Assembly: GCA_040182905.1 (NCBI GenBank)
Contig: JARQWU010000047.1
Coordinates: 1-49,006, forward strand
Origin: Barthelona sp. PAP020
Taxonomy: Eukaryota
Reading direction: 5' to 3'
DNA: 49,006 nt
A program made the position numbers and the translations under genes. Shown one piece after another: positions 1-9,300 of the stretch; position 1 is the first letter of the stretch, and each line of letters begins with the position of its first letter. The notes beneath the pieces are model-generated. The model had not been told where the DNA came from, did not search any database, and was given only the letters and a program-made list of their open reading frames with translations.

Positions 1-322
1 AAATTTACTAGAATGAGTTTTCTGAGTTTACTTTCTTTGTAAATAAATATAGTTGTTTCACAACTGGACCAATAAATTCCGTTCATTGAGCATGAACTTC
101 CACATTATCATTGAAATGAAATAGCTCTTTTACTCCTTTGGGGCTTTAATTTGTTTGAATGAATTTTCTAATTTTTCCTTTCTTATGAATAAATTTTACT
201 TTTTCACAATTGGGTCAATTCTTCACTAAAAGTACATTTGATAAAATTTTCAAAAAATATCTTCTTTGAAAGATTAAAAGTAAATTGTCAAAAAATCATT
301 TTTGTTTGAATATTTAATCGAT

Positions 323-393
323 GGTCTTATGGTCTAGGGGTATGACTTCAGACTCTGAATCTGAATGCCCCGGTTCGAATCCGGGTAAGACCA
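323..393 (+). tRNA. tRNA-Gln, anticodon CTG
   Basis: Cloverleaf folds by eye: acceptor GGTCTTA(323-329)/TAAGACC(386-392), anticodon stem TCAGA/TCTGA around loop CTCTGAA (CTG at 355-357), T arm CCCGG-TTCGAAT-CCGGG, discriminator A393. No encoded CCA and no intron. Confidence 0.95.
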
Positions 394-394
394 A

Positions 395-399
395 TTTTT
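395..399 (+). terminator. RNA polymerase III terminator (T5) of the tRNA gene
   Basis: TTTTT run starting 2 nt after the discriminator base. Confidence 0.7.
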
Positions 400-471
400 C
401 AACAAAAAAAAAGAGGAAACAGGATCGAGTCTGACAATTCACCTCTTCCAAACTGAAAATGATTAAAAGCT

Positions 472-576
472 TTCACTCGACAAAAGAATAAACATTTAAT
501 AAAAGCTTTTACTGTTCAAGGTTAGAGTTTGGGTTACTTGTCACTGGTCTGTTGTGCGTAGATTGGTTCAGAACTC
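472..576. repeat. ~105-bp repeat unit, copy 1 (diverged, tandem with copy 2)
   Basis: ttcactcgacaa...ggttagagtttggg-ttacttg...ggttcagaactc aligns colinearly with 577-683. Confidence 0.85.
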
Positions 577-724
577 TTCACACGACAATAATAACAAATG
601 TTTATAAAGATCTTTATTGTTCTCGGTTAGAGTTTGGGGGTACTTGCAACTGAGTCGCTTTGTGTGGATGGTTCAGAACACTCTTAAAAAAAAAAGAAAT
701 ACTTTAGGTGTGGATGGGGCGATT
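577..724. repeat. repeat copy 2 (~148 bp including A-run and G-rich tail)
   Basis: Near-identical to 1107-1255, sharing ctttattgttctcggttagagtttgggggtac and ggatggttcagaacactctt(A)n-gaaatactttaggtgtggatggggcgatt. Confidence 0.92.
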
Positions 725-896
725 TTTCAACAATAAATTCTGAACAGTTTATATCCAACTCTTAGGTGTGGGGGGTTGTGGTTGAGATGTTAGCAGCGTG
801 ATCTTTCTTTCCCTCTTATATTAAATAACATAAAAAAAAAAAATAAATTTTGCGAAACCGGACTATCACAACAACAAATTAAATGTAAATAAATTT

Positions 897-938
897 AAAC
901 TTTTGAAAACTTTTGAAAACTTTTGAAACCTTTTGAAG
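897..938. repeat. 10-bp tandem repeat (TTTTGAAAAC) x ~4
   Basis: aaac ttttgaaaac ttttgaaaac ttttgaaacc ttttgaag read directly. Confidence 0.9.
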
Positions 939-1106
939 ATATTTCTTTCCTTTACGACTTGCCAAATTTCCCTTCCACTTTGATGGAGCTCTGGTGTAAA
1001 CTGTTACATACTTCCGTACAAGTATTGAAACCTGTACGAGTTGGATATGTTCAGATGTTGAAAATTTCGCTGTACCAGCTCAAAAAATCAAAGGCTTCAA
1101 TTTATA

Positions 1107-1255
1107 TTCACACGACAACAATAATAAATGCTTATAAAGACCTTTATTGTTCTCGGTTAGAGTTTGGGGGTACCTGCAACTTGTTAGTTTTGCATGGATG
1201 GTTCAGAACACTCTTAAAAAAAAAAAGAAATACTTTAGGTGTGGATGGGGCGATT
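1107..1255. repeat. repeat copy 3 (direct repeat of 577-724)
   Basis: Aligns directly to copy 2 with scattered substitutions and an A-run one base longer. Confidence 0.92.
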
Positions 1256-1529
1256 ATCCAAATAAAAGTATAATAATCTTTTTCCTTCTTACCAATAAAT
1301 TTCAATTGTTTTTTCCTTGTAATTCCTTACTAACTTATTACGTAACGTACACTTGTATCCTTCTTATCATGAATCATTTGATTCTTTGCTGTCATTTCAC
1401 TTTCAATTTTGACATCCACTAATATCAGAAATTGCAAAAAGAAACCTTAAACACATTTATATTGTCTTTTACGCGAAATTTTCTACTCCAATCTAATAAT
1501 TTTTACAAATTCACCCCATCAATTAATTA

Positions 1530-4500
1530 TCAATTGGTTTGATCCGGCAAAGACCCCAAAAACAATTGATCCTGATCTAATATTTTTTCATTTAACAAAG
1601 CAATTGAAGGAATTAACTTGTCAATTTCATGTTCAAACTTGAGGTACAATTGAGACACTTCAGCATCTTTCAAAAACATCGAATCTTGATTACCCTCTCT
1701 TCTGCAAATCAAATCAACTCTTTTTGATATTTTTTTTAGGGCAGTTTCCAACTCAAGCTTGAGTTCAACAATATCAATGGTTAAGTTTTCCTTTATCTTT
1801 GAAATGACTCTCAATTGGTTTGACAAATTCTTATTTTCTAATTTTAGATCGATTAATTCAGTCTTATCATTAACTTGAACTTTTTGAAGATGTACAACGA
1901 ATTCATTTCTATCTTGTAGAAGGTCTTCCAATTCAGTATTTCTCACATAAAATTTTTCATTGCATTCCAAGGCCGTTTGAAGTTTTTTTTTCAATTCTGA
2001 ATGATCTTCTTTCTTTTTTCCTAACAGTTCTTCTTTTAAACTAATGCTTTCTTTTAGTTCATTGATCATATATTCTTGATTTTCAATAGTAGCGTCCAAT
2101 TCTTCGATGATCTCATTTTTTTTCGAAAGAGCTTCTGTTAAAATATGAACTTGATCAATATTTTTCGATAATTCGTTGTTTAAATCAAAAATTTTCATAG
2201 TTTTTTCTTCGAGGTGCTCATCCATGGCTTTTATTTGAGCATTGCACTCTTCCAGTATTTTATCCATTTCCCTGATATACATATCTCTTTCTTCCACTGC
2301 AGTGTCTAATTCACCGATGTATACATCCAAAGTTTGTAAATCGGTGTTCAATTTTTCAGTTTCTAAATGTTGAAGGTCAAGTTCATTGTTAAGTTTAATC
2401 AACTGCGAAGATTGAACACTGATGGTGTTTTCCATCTCTTGCATGTCTTTATCCTTGACAAGCTTTTCTTGAACATATTGATCAAAATCTAACTGTAGAT
2501 TGTTAATTAGCTGTTTATTTTCATCAATCATTTCATTCAAATTGTCAATAGTTGATTCTTTGTCTGTAATCGTATGATTTAAACCATCAATCATTTCTTC
2601 ATTGCCGTCCATTTTCTGTTGATAATGAATTATGGTTTCTTCCAATTCACCAATGATCTTTACATTATCTTCAACATTTTTTTGAAGAGAATTGATAGAA
2701 ACATCTTTTTGTTCAATAATTCTCTTCAAATCTTCTCCAAAAGCTTTTCTTTCAATAACTTCATCCAAATACTTTTTCAATTCTGTTTCTTTTTGAATGA
2801 TATCTGTTTGGAGATTTGAAACCAATGAATCTTTTTCTTCAAGCAAAATTTCTTGCTCATTTGCTTTGTTCTTTAAATCATTCATTTCATTGAAAATCTT
2901 GAACAATTTCGTTTCAGATGTGTGTAGCAATCTCTTCATGTTAGCATTTTCATATGATTTTTTGTTAGACTCATCAATCAAACCCAAATTTTCATCATCT
3001 TTAGACTTTAATTCATCTTTTAATTTTTTAACCAAGTTTTCAAAATTTACAAATGTTTCTAACTTTTCTTCTAACGTTTGAACCATTTCATTTAAAATTT
3101 TAACCTTTTCGTTGATATTTTTGAAATATTCTTTATTTTTCTTCTCTTGCATAAACAACTGATTTGTTAATTCATTGATTACATTTTCTTGATTTACCTT
3201 CGACATCTCCAATTCTTCATTTCTTTCTTTCATTCTATCACAAACATCTTCTTGTAAATTTAACTCTTTGTTTAATTTCACAATTGTTTCACTTTGTTGA
3301 AGGTTTAAATTTTCAACTTCATGAAGGTGTTCAATTGTATCATTAAGTTGATTGATTTCATGTTTTGCATTTTCATAATCGATTTTCAATCGTTCCAAAA
3401 TAGTTTCAAATTGTTTTTCCTTTTTCACCTTCAATTGAATATTTTTTTCCAGTTCATTCATCAATTCTGCTTTATCAATAATTTCCGTCTTAGTTTCTTT
3501 AAGTTGAACCTGCAATGAATTAATCAATTCTATGTGCTCACAAATATTCATTTCTTGTTGTTTAAACTCCTCATTTAACGTCTCAAATTCTTTTTCTTTG
3601 TTCCTTAACAGCAAATGCAATTTTTCACTTTGTTCCATTTGTTGGATCTTTTCAATCCTTTCAGTATTCAATTGGGATGTTACTTCATTTCTGCTCTTCA
3701 CTAGATCTTCGTTTATCTTGTTAAACTCGACGTTTTGGGATTCTGTCAAATGTTTAAAAGTTTCGATTTCCTTCTCTTTTTCAAAAATATACTCTTTTTG
3801 TGCCTCAACCTCTTGATCTTTTTTCAAATAATCTTGTTTCAGTGAAGCAATCTCCTGATTTAATGTCTCAATCTCTACACGCCTGTCACCTTCAATTTCT
3901 TTTACATGCTGTTCAAGTTCTTCAACCTTTATCTTTAAATCGGTGTTTAATGAATCTAAAATTGAAACTCTTTCGTTGTTTTCCTCAATCATTCGTTCAT
4001 CCTCAACCACCTTATCTTCTAATTTTAAAGATTTTTCATATTTCTGCTGTAAAAGCATCTTTTCACACATCTGCTCAGTTATTTCTTTTTCCAGCTTGCT
4101 TACTTGTAAACTTAGAATATCACCAGTCTCTTGTTGACACTTAACTTTGGTCTTATAATCGTTGACTTCCTCTTGTAATTCTTGGATTTCCATCAGCTGA
4201 TCGATCAACTTCTTTTCCAATTCTTTAATCGTTTGTTTATCACATTGATTCATATCCTTAAATTTATCATTTATGACATGTAATTCCTTCAGTTTTTTTT
4301 CATTTGTCCTCATTTCAGCTTCAAACAATTCACATTTCTTTTCATTCCTTTCATTTTTTTCCACTTCAAATTTCAATTGTTCAGTCAACTCTGATATCGT
4401 TTTATTGCCTGAATTTTCAATCTCTTTTATTCTAGACATTACTTTTGCATTCAGTACTCTCACTTTCGCTAACTTACTGTCAGAAATTTGCAAATCTTTC

Positions 4501-6293
4501 TCAATTCCTGCATTATTTTTTATCAGTTCCTCCTTTTCCCTTAGAAACTCATTACTTCGTTCAGTTAAAGTCACATTTTCTTCATTTAACGCATTAATAT
4601 TATTTTTCAAAATTAAATTCTCATTCACAACCTCTTTTAACTTATTAATCTTCATAGGACCAGGATTAGGTCCTGAACCAAACCCTTGTCCCCAACCAAA
4701 ACTTGAATAAAGTCTTTTTTTCATTTTCAATTCTTCAACTAACTCTTGTTGTACACTCAAATCATCCCTGAGTTTGAAAACTTCACGTCTTGAACGATGT
4801 AATTCCTCAAGTATTTCTTCTCTGTTTTGCATGCTTTGTTCTTTCATCTCGTATTCATTCAAAAGTCGTTGTAAATTTTTTATTTTTTTGTATATATCAT
4901 CATCTAAGCCATCATCCACATCTAAAACATCTTTTGCCTGTTGGACTTTCCTTAAAACACTCAAATAAACATGTGTCTGAAAATCACAAACAATATCATC
5001 ATTCTCCGAGAAACTCACATATTTGTTCGTAAATAACCTTGCTACAACATCAGCAAACTCACTATTAGTTAGAATCATTCCTTCATTGAGCAATTGTAAC
5101 ATGCGATCTTTTCCTAAACTCTGAAAAAGAGACCCTTCTTTTGTTATTCGCTCCCACACATGTCCCTTTCCAATACTTACATTAATCAACAAAGACTTTA
5201 ACTTATCAAACTCTCTATTCAACAGAAATCCGAAAGCCTCTATGTTTTCAACAAAAACCAATCGCTTTACATTGAAACTATCAGTCTTATCAACACAAAA
5301 TATATCAAACAAATCACACTTGTAGTTATTAGCCATTTGACCGATGACATGTCCAGTACCTCCGGAAATGTTCCCAATATTTTGTTCAAAAATCTCAAAA
5401 ATAAGATCACCATCTCTAAATTTCCATCTAAAGAAAATACCTTCCCGAGTTTCTCCAAAAAGCTCATTTGGTCGAATAAAAGACATTTTTAAAATTGATA
5501 AACCAAGCTCATTCGAGGTAAAGAGACAAGTTCGAGTAGAAACATCCCAAATTTTGACAACTCCTTTCTCTGTCCCTGAACCAAATAAACCACTCCTCAA
5601 ATCACAAGCAAAACAACTGGCAGGCTCATTATGTCCATGCAATTCCTTGGGACTTTTATCACCTTTGGAACAAAAAAATATTTCGGGGCTGCTATGTGTG
5701 GAATAAAACAAATGAGAACTACTTTCATCAAAAAACAGGGTTTTACAATGATGAATGAAATCATACAATTCATCATTAAACGTCAAAAAATACTCTTTCC
5801 CTTCATCTTGATTATCCTTATGCTTTTCACCAAATTCACAAAAATAGCCATTGCCATCACTATCAACCAAAATAAAACTAATACTTTCATCATCTTCATC
5901 TTCATCTTTATCATTGGGTACACAACATATTTGACGAATTTTAACAATTTCACAGTTCGAAACAATTTTATCGGATTCAAAAAGTACAGTCCAATTAGAC
6001 GTGTCATATATGATTAAAACATTTGAACAACTGATCAAAATAGAATCATCCAAAGAAAAACATGCGAAATTAATAGAAGATGAATGATCAATCAATCTTG
6101 TGATGAGTGTTCCATCAATATTATATACAATTATGGTATTATCTTTCGAGTAAGTTATAAATAATTTATTATCTGATGATTTGTTTAAACCAATGATTTC
6201 TTTTGAATGGTCGTTTATTAAATCAATGGATTGGATTGTGGGTTCAAAAATCTTTTCATTATTTGAAAAATATTCAATCAATTTCTCATTCAT
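1530..6293 (-). CDS. WD40-repeat protein with ~1100-aa C-terminal coiled coil (1587 aa)
   Basis: Uninterrupted ORF. WD40 motifs in aa 1-340 (LHGHNEPASCF...GSGTEKGVVKIWDV; DHSSSINFACFS). E/K/N/Q-rich heptad pattern from ~aa 465 to the end. Confidence 0.85.
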   Translation of the reverse strand: MNEKLIEYFSNNEKIFEPTIQSIDLINDHSKEIIGLNKSSDNKLFITYSKDNTIIVYNIDGTLITRLIDHSSSINFACFSLDDSILISCSNVLIIYDTSNWTVLFESDKIVSNCEIVKIRQICCVPNDKDEDEDDESISFILVDSDGNGYFCEFGEKHKDNQDEGKEYFLTFNDELYDFIHHCKTLFFDESSSHLFYSTHSSPEIFFCSKGDKSPKELHGHNEPASCFACDLRSGLFGSGTEKGVVKIWDVSTRTCLFTSNELGLSILKMSFIRPNELFGETREGIFFRWKFRDGDLIFEIFEQNIGNISGGTGHVIGQMANNYKCDLFDIFCVDKTDSFNVKRLVFVENIEAFGFLLNREFDKLKSLLINVSIGKGHVWERITKEGSLFQSLGKDRMLQLLNEGMILTNSEFADVVARLFTNKYVSFSENDDIVCDFQTHVYLSVLRKVQQAKDVLDVDDGLDDDIYKKIKNLQRLLNEYEMKEQSMQNREEILEELHRSRREVFKLRDDLSVQQELVEELKMKKRLYSSFGWGQGFGSGPNPGPMKINKLKEVVNENLILKNNINALNEENVTLTERSNEFLREKEELIKNNAGIEKDLQISDSKLAKVRVLNAKVMSRIKEIENSGNKTISELTEQLKFEVEKNERNEKKCELFEAEMRTNEKKLKELHVINDKFKDMNQCDKQTIKELEKKLIDQLMEIQELQEEVNDYKTKVKCQQETGDILSLQVSKLEKEITEQMCEKMLLQQKYEKSLKLEDKVVEDERMIEENNERVSILDSLNTDLKIKVEELEQHVKEIEGDRRVEIETLNQEIASLKQDYLKKDQEVEAQKEYIFEKEKEIETFKHLTESQNVEFNKINEDLVKSRNEVTSQLNTERIEKIQQMEQSEKLHLLLRNKEKEFETLNEEFKQQEMNICEHIELINSLQVQLKETKTEIIDKAELMNELEKNIQLKVKKEKQFETILERLKIDYENAKHEINQLNDTIEHLHEVENLNLQQSETIVKLNKELNLQEDVCDRMKERNEELEMSKVNQENVINELTNQLFMQEKKNKEYFKNINEKVKILNEMVQTLEEKLETFVNFENLVKKLKDELKSKDDENLGLIDESNKKSYENANMKRLLHTSETKLFKIFNEMNDLKNKANEQEILLEEKDSLVSNLQTDIIQKETELKKYLDEVIERKAFGEDLKRIIEQKDVSINSLQKNVEDNVKIIGELEETIIHYQQKMDGNEEMIDGLNHTITDKESTIDNLNEMIDENKQLINNLQLDFDQYVQEKLVKDKDMQEMENTISVQSSQLIKLNNELDLQHLETEKLNTDLQTLDVYIGELDTAVEERDMYIREMDKILEECNAQIKAMDEHLEEKTMKIFDLNNELSKNIDQVHILTEALSKKNEIIEELDATIENQEYMINELKESISLKEELLGKKKEDHSELKKKLQTALECNEKFYVRNTELEDLLQDRNEFVVHLQKVQVNDKTELIDLKLENKNLSNQLRVISKIKENLTIDIVELKLELETALKKISKRVDLICRREGNQDSMFLKDAEVSQLYLKFEHEIDKLIPSIALLNEKILDQDQLFLGSLPDQTN

Positions 6294-6354
6294 TATACAA
6301 TAACATGTGAAAAAATTACAAAATACACGTTAGAAAAACAAAAAAAAAATTGCT

Positions 6355-9300
6355 TTAATATTTACAAAAATCCAATAAGGATTTGTATTTTCTCACCGGC
6401 ATTTCTTTTGAAACAAATAAAATAGGATTATTCAAAGCATATCCTGGTAAGAAATCAAGGTTAAATGGAATATCTGAAGAAGCTTTGAAAAGGTCCAAAC
6501 CATTACCATTGCAAGTTTTAAATTCATTACATAATATGAAACTTACATGTCTTTCGATTGTTGTTAAACGGTCAAAAGGATCAAAGCTTTTAATTAAGTT
6601 ATTATAACCGATAAGTTTGCTAAAAATTAAATCACAATCCAAGGAATTTTCAGCAATTTGAGTTATTTTAAATAAATTCAAAAGACAAGTACAAATAGTT
6701 AAAAATTCTGAGCCTTTAAAATTGTCTGTGATTAAACTTGAAATCTGTTTTGAAAACATGGGTAAAACGACTGGTAACATGAAAACCACCCCAGCGAGTA
6801 GTTTGTTTTTCACAAGATATTCAAAGAATCGTAAATGTTTTTCATCATTGAGCATACAGAATTGAGAGGCAGAATTAATGGCTAAATTAGTCTTTTGATT
6901 CAATAACATGTCCAGCAACATTTCATCTAATTGAATACCTTTTGAAATATCGTTATTGATCACAATATCTACACAAAACATTTGCAAAACATTTGGAAAA
7001 TCATCAAAATTTAATTTACTCTCATAATAAAAGTTTGTTAATTCTTTCAAAAACTTTCGTTCATTCAAAAGGCAAAATGGGTTCTTAATTTCAATCAAAG
7101 AAAAAAAAGGTTCATAATGCTTACTTTCCCTGGGCTTTAAAAGGTAATACAGTTGTTGGGTGTTGCACAAAAATTGAAAATCTTTCAACATTTCACAAAC
7201 ATACGTAAAATATTTAAAAATGAAGGAATCAAACTGTTCCATAATAAATAAGAACGTTGGTGTTATTTGAAGACCAAACATAGTATGATACTCAAAGAAC
7301 AGACTTAAATTTTTTCTGATGGTTGTGTTGAAGAACAGACAATTGATTGCATTTGTTGACAAATCAAAATTACTTAATTCATGGTTTTTAGATTGTTTAA
7401 TTTGATTGAAAAATATAACACTCCAAGGATAAAAGCCGATTCCCAATGAGATATGATTATTGATGTGTTCAGTTATGAGTTGAAAATTCCAATCAATTTC
7501 GTTGGTGAATTCCTCTTCTTTCATAATGAATAAATGATGAAAATCGGGTAATTTTATCAATAGAATGTTAGCAAATTCATCATTATTGACTAAATAAAAA
7601 ATATTTTGAAAGAGAACTGTAGCAAAATCAGGTATACTTTCAAATTTCATATAAAACATAAGTAACTTTTCAAAAATTGCTGTACTAAATCCAAATCTCT
7701 TTGTAATCTCCAAGAATTTAATCAAAGATTTATTTTTAAACTTTGTATCTTCTTCTTCTCTTTCATCATTTTCATAATATTGCCATTCAATCAATCTCAT
7801 CATTTGTTTGACATCATTTGATTCATTTCTACTCAGAAACATACAATGTTCAAAATTCTTCAACAATTCAATTGGTATATGTCCATTATAACTCAAAAAT
7901 AGATCAATAATATGCTTGATTTCAATTGAACAAGACCCATTAACAAGAGTAAAGTGTAAATGAAGGATAGAATTGATTCTTTGATTTAAAACTTGCAAAT
8001 TCTTTATAGATGAAATTTTTTCTAATTTAACTAATTCATTAATAAATAATTCTGTCTCTTCATCGTTTGGATTGGTGCTTTTGAAACGATAATAATCAAA
8101 TTGTACTAAAAATTTAAACAAATATGAAACTTTGTGCTTTAAAACTTCATCACTCAATAATACAAGAGAATTATTGAATAACTTAAAGGTTTGAATGAAA
8201 TCTTTGGTTGTTCTGGGCACATAATAATTAATTAAGCATTCAATCCAATCTTGATTATAACTACCTTCAAATATAGTTTGAAAAATTCTATTGTTGATGT
8301 TATATAAATTGGCGCTTTCATCTTCGATATTCAAACTTAAAAACACCAAGAATTTGACAAACTCCTCCTTGATTGTATTCAAAGGATGCTGTTGTTTCTG
8401 AGGAATGTTTGCTAACATGATCAGAATAATCTCTATAGCATCAGCATTGTTTATTGCTACACGCGATTGTGTTTGTTGGGAACCAACTGTATTGAAATTA
8501 TAAATCATCAATTCAGGAAGAAATAAAGGAGTATTACAATTGAGATGAAACATAGCCAATAGTGAAAATAGACTTTTTGCCAGTCCATTCACATCAAAAC
8601 TCATCTGATACAATAAAGTTTCTTTCAATTGTTCTAGAATTTGACCAACAGAAACCACTCTTGTTGAAATATCTCCTAACAATGGCTTTTGTAATTTACA
8701 TGCATCATTTGAGCAACGATATTCCGTAACTGCCCTTTGGATATTGAAAATCTTCTGTAAATGCTGAAAATATTCCGCAAAATTATACTGAATGGAAGAA
8801 AGCATATCGTTAAATCCATTTGTTTTGGTACAGACATTATTCAATTGTTTTTTGATGGTATTTGCATATCTTGCAAGAAATAAAGGATTAAGAATATTTT
8901 TGGGATGAGTAAATTTGTTTTTTGTTACTGAAGAAGTGGGAAGACTATTCATTGAGAATATGGATGTTGTTGTTGTAGATATTGCAGAAGAAAATTGATT
9001 TGATTCATATAATTTGACATTTTTGCTAACATCATACAATTTTAAAATATCAAAAGCATCTTTCAAGATGTCCATTGGAGGGGGTATTTCAGCAAAACAA
9101 TTCAAAGATTCTAATCTTATATTAAAAGCTTCTCTGTATAAATCTATTTTATAATTATCATTTGAGGAAGATAGAAGTTGAATATTTTGTAAAAGATTTG
9201 ATAAATTTTTCTTTTGAAAGTTTGGGAAAGTTTTCAATAAAGTTTCCAAAAAATAATGAATTATTATAATATTTTTGGTTGAAATGTTTGATGCTGTTAA

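Noticed and set aside
1..240. Possible coding remnant on the minus strand at the left edge
   Set aside because: The frames I translated contain stops and no family is recognisable.
323..393. Suppressor tRNA-Gln or a non-standard code (TAA/TAG = Gln)
   Set aside because: The anticodon is an ordinary CTG, and TAA, TAG and TGA each terminate long ORFs at plausible ends.
472..1255. Repeat cluster as a CRISPR array or 5S rRNA
   Set aside because: Units are >100 bp with no repeat-spacer periodicity and no cas genes; 5S conserved motifs and terminal helix could not be matched.
923..1422. ORFs 923..1273 and 1147..1422
   Set aside because: TTG starts, overlap repeat copy 3 and A-runs, and show no recognisable protein features; probably spurious.
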